64,000 bases of DNA, taken from Octopus sinensis (Eukaryota). The notes below the pieces were generated by a model. The model was not told where the DNA came from, did not search any database, and was given only the letters and a program-made list of their open reading frames with translations. A program made the position numbers and the translations under genes. Of the stretch, positions 1-14,216 are shown piece by piece. The DNA lies in assembly GCF_006345805.1 (NCBI RefSeq), contig NC_042998.1:49042001-49106000 (forward strand), written 5' to 3'. The stretch's first letter is position 1. Every line of letters starts with the position of its first letter.

Positions 1-190
1 CACACACACGCATATATATATACATATATACGACGGGCTTCTTTCAGTTTCCATCTACCAAATCCACTCACAAGGCTTTGGTCGGACCGAGGCTATAGTA
101 GAAGACACTTGCCCAAGGTGCAACGCAGTGGGACTGAACCCGGAACGATGTGGTTGGTAAGCAAGCTACTTACCACCAGCCACTCCTACA
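1..190 (-). mobile_element. Family B SINE, 5' half
   Basis: Reverse complement of the 55502 head. Confidence 0.8.
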
Positions 191-1309
191 CCACTGTGTA
201 ACAATTCTTTTTTTTTTTTTTTTTAGGTCAGTAACTGTTATTTCCTATTTGTTTCTATCTAGAAATCAAAGGAAATCACTACAATCGCTGAGTTGCTGTA
301 GCAGAAATACCCTTATAGCAAATATCCTACGTAATACCACAGATTTACTTGTCAGTTGCTTGACCTTAACCACTTCAGCACGTCTTTTAGGGCTGACAAT
401 GTGTAACTCTGATCACAATTTGTATCTCTGATCATGGGCAGGAATGGTGGGGAAGCATCATAGCCATGTGTTGAGACGGATTCTTTGGGGGCTTGAATAA
501 ACGTTAACGAAAGTAAGGTTTGAAGGGAATATTAGCCATTTTTCATTATTTCTGAGGGTAAGCAAATAAGAAATAACCGTTGCTATCCAAGGACAAAAAT
601 CATGAGACACAGTGTTAGTTATTTATTTATATCTAAGTAATAATCACCACTTTTTTCAAAACTTTGAATAGTAAATCTGTTATTTCTGTTTAAAATGGCA
701 CAGTAGGTTTATAGGAGGAAACTCCGAGGCCGTAAATCACTATCGTTATTAACGGTTCTCTTACTGACCTAGAAACATTTATGATAGCAAAAAATAATTT
801 GACCTCGTAACTTCGTACTCTCGTTATTCTGTAACCATGTATTAAAATATTGTCTTCGTATACGCTAAAATTTTGACAATGATTCATAGAACGTCATTTG
901 CAATGATCTTTTACAACATTAAAAATGTGTTTCAAATCAGACTGGATGTTTTCCTCTGATGAAATTATCCTTATATCCTAAGTGAAAATTCCTTCTCGTG
1001 TTTCTGCCCATTACGCTATTTGGGTTTTTGTATACCCTTTCACCCCGTCACCTCTTGGCCGTATAAATTTCCGTTGCAAAATATAATTTGTACCTATACA
1101 CAATCACCGATGATGTGTTGGAGCAGCTGTAGTCTATTAAACTGAATATAGTAAATATTTCCTGCAGACCAACGGTGGGATAGAATACAATGTCGAAGAC
1201 GACTGCAAGATTTGAACTCGGTTACAAAATTAATTACTGCTCAGTGCGTTACCATCTGTGCCAAACTTACAAACTTGATAACTATATCAAAAATTGCATT
1301 ATAAAGAAT

Positions 1310-1740
1310 AATAATCCTTTCTACTATGGGCACAAGGCCTGAAATTTGTGGGGAGGGGGAAAATCGATCACGTCGACCCCAGTACTTGACTGATACTAAA
1401 TTTATCGACCCCGAAAGGATGAAAGGCAAAGTCAACCTCAATGGAATTTGAACTCAGAACGTGGCGACAGACGAAATACCGCTTGGCCCGGCGTGGTAGC
1501 GATTCCGGCAGCTCGCCGCCTCAATAATGATAATAACAATAATAATAATTATTATTATTATTATTTCAAATTTTTGCCATAAGGGTAGCTTATAACTAAT
1601 ACTTATTTTATCGACCCCGAAAGAATTACAAGCAAAGTCGACCTCGGTGGAATTTGAACTCAGAAAGTAACGACGGACGAAAAACCGTTAAGCATTTCGT
1701 CCAATGTGCTAACGATTCTGCCAGCTCGCCACCTCAATAA
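1310..1740 (-). mobile_element. Two tandem family A SINEs
   Basis: Reverse complement of the family A consensus, twice. Confidence 0.75.
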
Positions 1741-2676
1741 TAATAATAATTTCAAATTTTGGCACAATGCTAGTAATTCTTGGGCGTGACAATGCCAATA
1801 ATTCTAGGACGTGAGAGATAGTTGCATGATTATATATTTTATCACTGAAGTTTGCAGTTTTCGAAATAACTAAGGATTCAAGATCAGCGAAGTTTCATAT
1901 TATGTAGTTGAAAGGATTAATAAGGTTCCTTGATTAGTTGTCATTAGCTATGTTTATACAACCTCTTACAAGAAGCAAATCAATTCTATAAATGTTTCCC
2001 TAGTGCAGTATAGAACGTGAGCATGTTACTCTTTATTTACTCTTATAGTCGTCAGCTGCTCAGCTAATGTGGCTATCAAACCAAAAGACCGAACTAATTG
2101 CAGTTAATTCGCTTAAACATTTACTGTCTAAACACCATCAACATTTGCCTCTTTAACACATCAGTTTCAAGAGTAAATTATAGAGTCACTGTTAAGGGGT
2201 CTTCAATAGTGTGTACAGAATGACAACGAAACATTTGTTTTAAAGTATATATAGCAGTTTCCATGTTCTTCAGAGTTAACATATGCCTCTGTAAACAGTT
2301 TTTGGAACTCGTTATCAAAAGATATCGACCTCTTTCAGAAGATTGAGTATCATCGATCACCATCTCCATCTTTCGTATGTTGTTTTTATACATTCGCTGT
2401 ATTTTCTAAATCTGTCCAAATCTTGATATTTCCATCCACGTAATTCATGGTTTCCTTCATTATCTTCCCTATTTATTTTGTTTTGTATTTCTTTGGAAAC
2501 CATTATTTTTAGCTAATTAAGTGCTTCTCTTCATTTAGCTTTCGGCGTTTCGAATCAATCAAACCGAATTCTACTGATAATCATTTTATCAACAGACAAA
2601 GGAATACATACACACAAAGGCACGCCTGCCATGTATGAATTAAAATAATAACATATATCCCCTTTTGACTATCAAA

Positions 2677-3020
2677 GGCGGCGACCTGGCAAAAACGTTA
2701 GCATGCCGGGCGAAATGCGTAGCCGTATTTCGTCTGCCGTTACGTTCTGAGTTCCAGTTACGCACTGGGGTCGATGTAATCGACTTAATCCGTTTGTCTG
2801 TCCTTGCTTGTCCCCTCTGTGTTTAGCCCCTTGTGGGTAGTAAAGAAATGGGTATTTCGTCTGTCGTTACGTTCTGAGTTCAAATTCCGCCGAGGTCGAC
2901 TTTGCCTTTCATCCTTTCGGGGTCGATAAATAAAGTACCAGTTTCGCACTGGGGTTGATGTAATCGACTTAATCCCTTTGTCTGTCCTTGTTTGTCCCCT
3001 TTATGTTTAGCCCCTTGTGG
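2677..3020 (+). mobile_element. Family A SINE dimer
   Basis: Two partial monomers, each ending tttagccccttgtggg. Confidence 0.8.
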
Positions 3021-3716
3021 CAATGGTGTGAGGAGGATTGCAAGTTGCTCGGGGCTGCCGTTTGGTTGCCATGGCGAGGAACATGGGAAAAATTGAGTTT
3101 TATGGGATAGACAGGTTGCGCTGTTTGAATAATGGTGGCTTTTCGTGTTGCTGCAGGGGCTAGAGGCGGTTATCTTTAATTGTGGGTGTAAACATTTGGG
3201 GGATTTGGGAAGGGGGGGGGTAAAGAAGAGGGCAATAAAAAGAACCAAGCAAAGAAGAAAGGGAAAAGGAGACAACACGCACAAAACAACACCACCACCA
3301 AAACCCGAGCGACGCACGGGTCAAAATAGCTAGTATGTATATAAATTCTGAATTTGCGTGAATGTGTATAGAATAATATATCAGTTGAATAAGTTAAAAC
3401 GTGGTCTGGTTTTCACGTTTCTTTTATTATTGTATGTAACAAAATTTACTACAAGGTAGAAGTGTGTTAACCGTTAAAAAAATATTTTGTAATGTACATA
3501 AAATTCAATTAGCATTTTCATACGTTCATAGTAATCATCGGATTTCAAAGTGCAATTAACTGACAGTTGAGCCCTTGATGACTGTAGTAAAATGACTGGC
3601 TTCTTCCTTTTTATACCTCTCAGAAGGCTCTAACAAGCTGAATTTTTCGAATACGGTTTTGACCATTCCATATGCAGCTTAAACGTCACGATTTGACTGG
3701 CGTACCGATATTACTG

Positions 3717-3946
3717 GCGGTCACCTGGCAGAAACGTTAGCACGCCGAGCGAAATGCTAAGCGGTATTTCGTCTGCCGTTACGTTGTGAGTTCAAATTCC
3801 GCCGAGGTCGACTTTGCCTTTCATCCTTTCGGGGTCGATAAATTAAGTACCAGTTACGCACTGGGGTCGATGTAATCAACTTAATACCTATGTCTGTCCT
3901 TGATTGTCCCCTCTGTGTTTAGCCCCTTGTGGGTAATAAAGAAATA
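3717..3946 (+). mobile_element. SINE family A monomer with 12-bp TSD gatattactggc
   Basis: A-box-like tggcagaaacgtt and B-box gagttcaaattcc; TSD at 3707-3718 and 3947-3958. About 20 further copies or fragments in the window. Confidence 0.85.
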
Positions 3947-4411
3947 GATATTACTGGCATAGATCCCGCTTTTATTTTAACAAATTAGCTTGCGGTTTAC
4001 ATGTAAACGTATGAAAGTGCTAATTGAACTTTATGAACATTACAAAATATAATAATAAAAAACGTGAAAACTAGACTATGTTTTAACTTTATTCAACTGA
4101 TATATATATTCAATTAAATAATGACTTTTAAACACCAATGATCCACTTCTCATTGTTAATTATTGCTCCATTTCTTTTCTCGCTCTCTCTCCATATATAT
4201 ATATATATACAGAGAGAGAGAGAGAGTTAACAGAGGAGATTGGGAGAATCTCTATATAGAAAATACTTAGTAGCGCTCAAAAGATTTGAACTTACACTCC
4301 GAGGACCAAGTCAGTGGGGGTAAAGAGTGACTCTAAGGGTAATCCAAGTGCGCAGATATGGAGACAATGATGCAAATAAACAGATAAAACTTCTTGGGTT
4401 TGATATACAGA

Positions 4412-4447
<36 letters not shown>

Positions 4448-5996
4448 TCTATATCAAACCTAAAGAATTCTATCTGTTTATTTGCATCCTTCTCTCTCTC
4501 TCACAATGTGTGTGTGTGTGTGTGTGTGTGTAAAGCAAAAGTTATGGTCGTTTAAATCAACTCGATTATATATTATATTACTGTATTTAATCGCCTCTCT
4601 GGAAAATAGCCAGCAAAATCGATTCAGCATTAAATATTAGGAGACTTGCTATGAAACATTCAGTTCGATTGCCTACCGGTCGCGACGTTGATACCATTCT
4701 AATGATCGTAATGTTTTCGTACGTGAATACTTTCATCCATACATCGTCTCAGTGTCATAAGGAAGAGCGTTATAATTTAAATAAGTTCATCTAAATTTCA
4801 ATGCCCATAATTATATTGTAATACCAACTATTTCGTAAAACCATATATAAAGACTGTCATTCAGGTGCCATCGTTTTTGACTCTGCATTAGTTTTTCTGT
4901 AAAAATTACAAAAAAAAAAGAAAACGAAAATTTTTGTCGATAACCTCAGAAAAGATATAAAAGAATCTGTGACATTTATATCTTTTCAAAGAACATTACC
5001 GGTATAAAATGAAATGATTTCAAAGAGAGAATCTAAATCTGGTCTCCGATATCGATTTGAAGAGAAAATCGCATTGATTGGATGCGTACGTCACAAAAAT
5101 GATTTCTTCTATAAAAACAAAACCTCAAGTTTTTAGGAACATTTACTGCTTGGAATAGTAATCAAATTTCACTAAAATCACACATCTTAAAAATGTTATG
5201 ATACATTTGATAATGTAGTCCTAGGTATCTTTTGCTTGTTTCAGTCATTAAACTGCAGGTTACGGCTAGAACGTCTACCATCATGCTTACTTAGGGCTAA
5301 TCTGAGGATATGCAATAACAATGAAAAAGTGAGGTTAACCAAGTGATTGGCTCCGACTAAAATCGAAACCGTATTGCCAACCGAGAAACTACTTCTATTC
5401 TATGTTGACCAAAATAATAACAAACACTTTAACAACCCCAAAGTCATGGGGAAGTGCCATAGTCTATTAAATTTACTTCCAACGCATATCAGGTACTTAT
5501 CTAATACACCTTCCACTCTCCGTCAGTGAATGAACGGCAAAGCCAGCTCTGTGGTTCCTGTGGAGACCGATCTAAATGCTGAAAAGTAGGCATTCTCTTA
5601 TTTCTTTTACACTATCACACTCATCCTATTTATAACGTTTTCTAACATACGAGTACGTGCAAAGCTACATATTTTGAGAGAGGTAGGGAGCAGCCGATTG
5701 AATCTTTTGACTAATTCTTATTTTATCGGTCCTACGAAGGCTAAAGGGCCAAGTTTTAAAGGGAAATAAATGAATGCAAAATTTTTATTCGACAGTTTAA
5801 TGACTGTGGTAAACCACCGCCCTTCTTCGCCACTGTGATAATGGCTTCTTTTGAGTAAGCAATGAGTAAATTGTCCGAGAAGATTATAGCAATCAGACCA
5901 ACTGCAATAAATAACTGGTATTGACAATTGTTTTATCAAAAGAGCCGATAATAAACAAACTCGATGAAAACCTGTTGTTGTTACTACTATTATTAA

Positions 5997-7070
5997 GGAA
6001 GCAAGCTGGCAGAAACGTTAGCACGTCGGGCGAAATGCGTAGCCGTATTTCGTCTGCCGTTGCGTTCTGAGTTCAAATTCCGCCGAGGTCGACTTTGCCT
6101 TTCGGGGTCGATAAATTAAGTACCAATTACGCACTAATAATCGACTTAATCCGTTTGTCTGTCCTTGTTTGTCCCCTCTGTGTTTAGCCCCTTGTGGGTA
6201 GTAAAGAAATAGGTATTACGCCTGCCTCTACGTTCTAAGTTCAAATTACGCCGAGGTCGACTTTGCCTTTCATCCTTTCGGGGGGGGGGCGATAAATTTA
6301 GTACCAGTTAAGTACTGGGGTCGATATAATCGACTATCACCCTCCCCACAAATTTCAGGTTTTGTGCCTATAGTAGAAAAGATTATTATTATTATTCATT
6401 TCTTTATTGCCCACAAGGGGCTAAACATAGAGGAGACAGACAAAGGGATTAAGTCGATTACATCGACTCCAGTGTGTAACTGGTACTTGTTTAATCGACC
6501 CCGAAAGGATGAAAGGCAAAGTCGACCTCAGCGGAATTTGAACTCAGAACGTAATGGCAGGCGTGCTAACGATTCTGCCAGCTCGCCGACCTCTCCCACT
6601 AGCATTATTGGTCTTACGTCAAACTTTGAAATCATTAAAACTGCAGTGAGCTGCCAGAATTGGTAGCAGGTTAAGCAAAATGCTTAACGGCATTTCATCT
6701 GTCTTTACGTTCTGAGTTCAAATTCCGCCGAGATTAGGGGTCGATAAAATAAGTGCTAATTAAGAAATGAAGTCGATGTAATCGACTTTCCCTCTCTCAA
6801 AATGTCAAACCTTGTACCCGTTGTAAGAAGAATTATTTATTTAGTGAAAGGTGGTGAGCTGGCAAAATCATTAGCATGTCGGACAAAACGCTTAGCAGCA
6901 TTTCTTCCAGCCCTTTACGTTCTGGTTTCAAATTCCGACAAGGTCAGCTTTATCTTTCATCCTTTCTGGGTCGGTAAAATATGGTACCAATCAAGTACTA
7001 AGGTCAGTACAATGGACTATTTCCCTCCCACGTAATTTCAGACTTTGTGCCTATATTAGAAAGAATTATT
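5997..7070. mobile_element. Cluster of ~5 family A SINEs, including a tail-to-tail inverted pair (~5997-6385 +, ~6400-6590 -)
   Basis: Repeated aaattccgccgaggtcgactttgcctttc core on both strands. Confidence 0.8.
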
Positions 7071-8297
7071 TATTTATTTATTGAAGTTTGTTAGACTAAT
7101 TGCAAAAGTAGATCACCAGACAAAACGCTTTACAGTATTTAGTGACGGCTTTTTTTACGTACGGAATTCACCTCCCGTCTGGTCCAACTCTATTTATCTT
7201 GCTTCTGACCTTGATACTGCCCAGAATGTTAACATTATGGAATTCCTATTTTGTCGCGGTCTTTTGAGTCATTGACTTGCAGAACATCACCCTATCAATC
7301 TCGAAGAGCCCACTAAGGACATGAATACTGCCCCTTCTTCCTGACTGAACCGTAAAAAAGTTCCTATGAAGTAGCATGAGCAATAAAATTGACTATAGCC
7401 TTGCCCAGACATTTGAGGCTTTGTGCTTATGTTAAAAGATCATTACTTGTTTTTAATGTGATTCCTTAATTTGTTTATAAGAAAGAAGATAATTTTTTTC
7501 TTCTATATGGTTCATAGTCATTTCCTAAGTGAGATGAACAATTATTTCAATAAATCTGTGATTTATTGTCTTGTCTTTGTGGATGCAGGCGTGGTTGCGT
7601 GGTTAAGAACCAGATCACTTCGCAGTTATGTGGGTTTTGGGTTCGATCTTATTGCATGAATCCTGTGCAAGTGCCTCTTCTAGAGCCATTTGCAAGCTAT
7701 TTCAGTGAGTTAGCCGTTCAATCCCTCGAATAACTGAACGTTTCTACGTCGAAATAGACCCAAGTCTTGTCTTTGTAAAATTTTACCATCAACGTATAAA
7801 AAACATTTTGATATACTGATGTGTATAACAATGTGCATACAAACGTGGAATAGCACTAATATTTTACCTCAGACAAATTTCTCAGAGATTATTGTATTAA
7901 ATATGAATTTAAAAAGGTCTTCGTTCAGGATGTCGGGGAAAGGCCAAACAGTGTTTCGACATGATTTCATATCTTCAATATCGAATACCCACGACATTCT
8001 GAGTCAGGCCTGTCTTTTTCAGAAGTTTCTCTCGGACAAAATATGACAGCTAGTGCTGCTGCTCCACGTTTGTATACCTTATTTTATACATTTTGTATAC
8101 CGGTGTGTATAACCTGATGTTGTGTTATACACACGGGTATTTTAATATAAGGCTGTTTTAGTTTTTATTATTTTAATTCTATTTTAATACATTTAATTCT
8201 TTACTGCACTGATCCATTTTTATATAAGTTATAAAGCAAACAAGAGAAGAGTATCAGTAAGTCATACAAAAAATGTTCTTTCATCGTTCGTTCATGG

Positions 8298-8391
8298 TTG
8301 TGTGTGTGTATGTGTATATATAATATATATATGTGTGTGTGTGTGTGTATGTATATATATGTGTGTGTGTGTGTGTATATATGTATATATA

Positions 8392-8422
<31 letters not shown>

Positions 8423-9376
8423 TTATATATATATATGTGTGTATGTATGTATGTATTTATATATATATATGTGTGTATGTATGTATGTATTTATATATAT
8501 ATATGTGTGTATGTATGTATGTATATATATATATATGTGTGTGTGTATGTATGTATATATATATATGTGTGTGTGTATGTATGTATATATATATATGTGT
8601 GTGTGTATGTATGTATGTATATTATATATATATATATGTGTGTGTTGTATGTATATATAAATATATATATGTGTGTGGTGTGTGTGTGTATGTATATATA
8701 AATATATATATGTGTGTGTGTGTATGTATATATAAATATGTGTGTGTATGTATATATAAATATATATATATGTGTGTGTGGTGTGTGTGTGTGTATGTAT
8801 ATATAAATATATATATGTGTGTGTGTGTATGTATATATAAATATGTGTGTGTATGTATATATAAATATATATATATATGTGTGTATGTATGTATATATAT
8901 ATATATGTGTGTATGTATGTATATATATATATATGTGTGTGTATGTATGTATATATATATATGTGTGTGTATGTATGTATATATATATATATGTGTGTGT
9001 ATGTATGTATATATATATATATGTGTGTGTGTGTGTATGTATGTATATATATATATATGTGGTGTGTGTATGTATGTATGTATTATATATATCTTTGTGT
9101 GTGTGTGTGTATGTATGTATATTATATAGTGTGTGTGTGTATGTATGTATATATATATATATGTGTGTGGTGTAGTATATATATATATATATGTGTGTGT
9201 GTGTATGTATATATAATATTATATGTGTGTGTGTATGTATGTATGTATATATATATATAGTGTGTGTATGTATGTATGTATATATATATATATGTGTGTG
9301 TGTGTATGTATGTATATATATATATATGTGTGTGTGTATGTATGTATATATATATATATGTGTGTGTGTATGTATG

Positions 9377-9409
<33 letters not shown>

Positions 9410-9412
9410 ATG

Positions 9413-9443
<31 letters not shown>

Positions 9444-9450
9444 ATGTATG

Positions 9451-9483
<33 letters not shown>

Positions 9484-9518
9484 ATGTATGTATATATATA
9501 TATATGTGTGTATGTATG

Positions 9519-9567
<49 letters not shown>

Positions 9568-9574
9568 ATATATA

Positions 9575-9607
<33 letters not shown>

Positions 9608-9947
9608 ATATATATATATGTGTGTGTGTGTGTATGTATGTATGTATATATATATATATATGTGTGTGTGTGTATGTATGTATGTATATATATATATATG
9701 TGTGTGTGTGTATGTATGTATGTATGTATATATATATGTGTGTGTGTGTGTATGTATGTATGTATATATATATGTGTGTGTGTGTGTGTATGTATGTATA
9801 TATATATATGTGTGTGTATGTATGTATGTTTATATATATATGTGTGTATGTGTGTGTGTATGTATGTTTAATATATATGTGTGTATGTATGATGTTTATA
9901 TATATGTGTGTGTATGTATGTATGTATATATATATATATATATATAT
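8298..9947. repeat. 1.65-kb compound microsatellite (TG)n(TATG)n(TA)n
   Basis: Seen directly. Confidence 0.98.
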
Positions 9948-11833
9948 GGCCTGACTAGTCTTGAAGACCCGGCAAGACTAGTCAGGCCATAACCCGTGGC
10001 CCCTACCTAGGACGTAGTCAGTCCACCTGTGCATACCTTCCTTCTTGTGACACTTGTGAAGACCTGTTGAGGCAAGTGAAAATCAAACAAAATCAAAATA
10101 GATGAACATCAATGGAATTTGTATCTTTGTGGTACCAGTGCCGGTGGCACACAAGAATACCATCCGAACGTGGGCGTAGCCAGTACCGCACCGACTGGCC
10201 TCCATGCTGTGGGCACGTAACAATCACCATCCAATCGTGGCCGATCGCCAGCCTAATCTGGCTCCTGTGTCGGTGGCACATAAAAAACACCATCCGAGCG
10301 TGTGGTCGTCTGCTAGCCTTGTCTGGCACCTGTGTCGGTGCACATAAAAACACCATCCGAGCGTGGCCGTTCGCCAGCCTCGTCTGGCACCTGTGTCGGT
10401 GGCACATAAAAAAAACACATCCGAGCGTGGTCGTCTGCTAGCCTTGTCTGGCACCTGTGTCGGTGGCACATAAAAACACCATCCGAGCGTGGCCGTTCGC
10501 CAGCCTCGTCTGGCACCTGTGTCGGTGGCACATAAAAAAAAACACCATCCGAGGTGGTCGTCTGCTAGCCTTGTCTGGCACCTGTGTCGGTGGCACATAA
10601 AAACACCATCCGAGCGTGGCCGTTCGCCAGCCTCGTCGGCACCTGTGTCGGTGGCACATAAAAAACACCATCCGAGCGTGGTCGTCTGCTAGCCTTGTCT
10701 GGCACCTGTGTCGGTGGCACATAAAAACACCATCCGAGCGTGGCCGTTCGCCAGCCTCGTCTGGCACCTGTGTCGGTGGCACATAAAAACACCATCCGAG
10801 CGTGGTCGTCTGCTAGCCTTGTCTGGCACCTGTGTCGGTGGCACATAAAAACACCATCCGAGCGTGGCCGTTCGCCAGCCTCGTCTGGCACCTGTGTCGG
10901 TGGCACATAAAAAACACCATCCGAGCGTGGTCGTCTGCTAGCCTTGTCTGGCACCTGTGTCGGTGGCACATAAAAACACCATCCGAGCGTGGCCGTTCGC
11001 CAGCCTCGTCTGGCACCTGTGTCGGTGGCACATAAAAACCAATCCGAGCGTGGTCGTCTGCCACCTGTGTCGTGGCGTGGCACATAAAAACACCATCCGA
11101 GCGTGGCCGTTCGCCAGCCTCGTCTGGCACCTGTGTCGGTGGCACATAAAAAACACCATCCGAGCGTGGTCGTCTGCCAGCCTTGTCTGGCACCTGTGTC
11201 GGTGGCACCTGTGTCGGTGGCACATAAAAACACCATCCGAGCGTGGCCGTTCGCCAGCCTCGTCTGGCACCTGTGTCGGTGGCACATAAAAAAAACACCA
11301 TCCGAGCGTGGTCGTCTGCTAGCCTTGTCTGGCACCTGTGTCGGTGGCACATAAAAACACCATCCGAGCGTGGCCGTTCGCCAGCCTCGTCTGGCACCTG
11401 TGTCGGTGGCACATAAAACACCGCCGAGCGTGGTCGTCTGCCACTGTGTCGGTGGCACATAAAAAACACCATCCGAGCGTGGCCGTTCGCCAGCCTCGTC
11501 TGGCACCTGTGTCGGTGGCACATAAAAAACACCATCCGAGCGTGGTCGTCTGCCAGCCTTGTCTGGCACCTGTGTCGGTGGCACCTGTGTCGGTGGCACA
11601 TAAAAACACCATCCGAGCGTGGCCGTTCGCCAGCCTCGTCTGGCACCTGTGTCGGTGGCACATAAAATCACCCACTACACTCTCGGAGTGGTTGGCGTTA
11701 GGAAGGGCATCCAGCTGTAGAAACACTGCCAGATCTGACTGGCCTGGTGCAGCCTTCGGGCTCCCCAGACACCAGTTGAACCGTCCAACCCATGCTAGCA
11801 TGGAAAGCGGACGTTAAATGATGATGATGATGA
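9945..11833 (+). mobile_element. RTE-like non-autonomous retroelement (family D) with expanded internal tandem array and (ATG)n tail
   Basis: 3' module gttggcgttaggaagggcatccagctgtagaaac...ggacgttaaa(tga)n shared with 49530-49997, 54200-54535, 45170-45325. Confidence 0.75.
10265..11666 (+). repeat. Minisatellite of ~59-62-bp units (roughly two dozen), alternating A/B variants
   Basis: A: gtggccgttcgccagcctcgtctggcacctgtgtcggtggcacata(n)caccatccgagc; B: gtggtcgtctgctagccttgtctgg... Confidence 0.95.
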
Positions 11834-12657
11834 TATGTGTGTGTGTGTATGTATGTATATATATAAAACTATGAATGATGACAGAACATTTTTGACTAGA
11901 TTATGTAGGCTGAAAATATACTGGTTTATTTTTATTTTTTGTGCCTGTTGATAATATCAAACGTCATTTGACATGAGATGAATCACAAGGTTCGTTAATT
12001 ACAAAAGAAGCTGTCAAATTTACCGTGTGACATTTGTACATTTTCATTAGCAACTTGAAAAAAAAATTTAAGGAATGCATTTGAGAACAATTAAAGCTCA
12101 AGTAGCTTTCTGGGTTTTTTTTCCCTCTCAAATTTCTTTTTTTTTTTTTTCCTTATCACAATCCCATGTGTTGCATATGTAAAGTACATTTTTCAAAATT
12201 CAATTTTAATCCGTTTTTATCTTATTATCTATCGAAACAAAAAAATAAAACATAGCTAGTTATTCGCCAGTTTTAATTTTAAAAAATATTCTTATATTCA
12301 TTTTAATTTTTTGAATATTTTTTTTTTTAATTTTGACAATCCCCACCCCGACAGAATTGAATGAAGATGTGTAAATAAATCCTTTCGGTCCGCTGTACCT
12401 TTGGACACATAGCTAAGTGCTTATATATGACCTCAAGTACAAATGTGATTCAGACGTCTTGCTATAAAATGTCACGTTTTTTTATTATTCGTGCTACTTT
12501 CTCGTTTATTCAAAAGTGACGTCTACACTTCTTGCACAACTAACTATATCACACGATTTTGAACTATTGTTCTCGACATTGTTGTAGTTGTTACTGTTGT
12601 TTAACCCTAACTGAGTATATCTATGATCAAAACCATTCCGGTCATGACCATCTCGTC

Positions 12658-12696
<39 letters not shown>

Positions 12697-12958
12697 CACG
12701 ATCATATTGTCCAATATGTCTGTCTTTTTTTTAAGACCGCAATGTGTGAAAGAATTTGGCTTCTATTTCTAGTAAGTAGAACGATTGCATAAAAGCGCCG
12801 TGGTCCACCTTTTTGCAGTTGCTATTTAATCCGGGCCAGTCCTGATTGAAAAGACCTAACACCACCAGGTATTCCAACAACGACGTTTCGTCTTTTCAAG
12901 CATAATCTTAGATTACGTTATCCAAGGTCATTTTTAGTTCTTTTTTGTTCCTTTAGAC

Positions 12959-13256
12959 CAGGCCTGGCCGACTCGAATTACATTAATCACAGAAAGTTTT
13001 TTTGAAGGCCGCTTGTATACTTTATGCACTAATAGTCAAATAATCAAATTACAGAACCAAGAATTTTTCATACTTTTCATTTGTTTAAAATTATAAAACT
13101 GTAGGCTGTTGCTTTATTGCCACTTATAAACTTTAAATTTATTTTGAAACAAATGTTTTACACAAATAATTTTATTTTGAAATTAACCACAATACTTCAA
13201 GAAAGTATCAAGTGGGCCGCAAGATAAGTCTGTGGGCCTCAGGTTGGCCAGCCCTG
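12959..13256. mobile_element. hAT-type MITE with 8-bp TSD ctttagac
   Basis: TIR caggcctggccgac / gttggccagccctg; TSD at 12951-12958 and 13257-13264; a second hAT-like end (cagtgattct) starts at 13265. Confidence 0.8.
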
Positions 13257-14216
13257 CTTTAGACCAGTGATTCTGAACCGGGGTTCATGTGATCCCTGGG
13301 AGACCGTGTAAGATTTTTGAGGGTCCACGCAAGAAAAATAGCAAGTTGTAGATCCACAGTAGTATTCTAAGGATTCATGAAAAATGTTGCTTTTGATGTA
13401 TTTATTGCAGGAAACGGTTAGGTTTCTTTCTCTAGTGTTTTATATAGTTCAACTTACACACGTTCTTGTATGAAAAACAAAAGCCGCTATAAAACTAGTG
13501 GTATTCGTTCCGTCTCTTTACGTCCTTGAGTTGTTGGATGGTAGGCATAAACCATCGCTCGGTTTATCACCACCACTTGGTTTTCAGGTGCTTTTAGCGG
13601 AGTTCCTTGTTGCTCACATTCGATTTTGGTTTCCGATTTGAGGATAACCTTCTCTGCTCTTTCCCCTAGTCTCGAAAGCTTTGTAAAAAGAAAGTAATGG
13701 TTGTTACGTCCCCCTCTCTTTAACGAAGCTTTAAATATAATCTTAAAAAAGGGTTCGCCACTTTATCACTATATGGTTTATTCACCTTATTCTGGGTGAG
13801 GATTCTAATTTCGTCTTCAACTTAAGGTTTATTGTGTTCTAGTTATTTCGTTTCCTGTCGTCGATGAGTCCAACATTCTAGCCTAGTAGTTAGGGGTGTT
13901 GGACGTGTTGTGTTCTTGAGCAAGACACTTTGTTTCACGTTGTTCCTACCTACTCGGCTGAAATGATCACTAGCTGAGTGTTGTTGCAACCCTTTCTTCC
14001 TTCAGTTATGTCGTTCCGGTTTTGACTCCGACGCAATACTTTGGCCAGATGTCATCTACCATATTCTTGACGTTGTTGTTGGAAAGGCAATAATTTGATT
14101 GACTCATCGAAACATATTTCGTTAGAAGTGTTATTTTATCCTTCTCTGCATTTGTCATATAGATAAGTTAAAGCATTTAACGCATTTTTAAAAGACCAGT
14201 GTGCTACAATATATAT

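Noticed and set aside
8298-9992. Long C/V/Y/I/M-rich ORFs (also 25946-27823)
   Set aside because: Translations of (TG)n(TA)n microsatellite, open in all frames.
10093-11817. Repetitive ORFs up to 368 aa, and a CRISPR-like appearance
   Set aside because: Tandem units with variable A-runs that shift frame; no unique spacers, no cas genes, eukaryotic context.
13861-13905. Hammerhead-like tcGATGA-GTCCAACA...TGTTGGAC-G
   Set aside because: No GAAA or stem III follows, and the 3' arm is explained by the head of a family C SINE.
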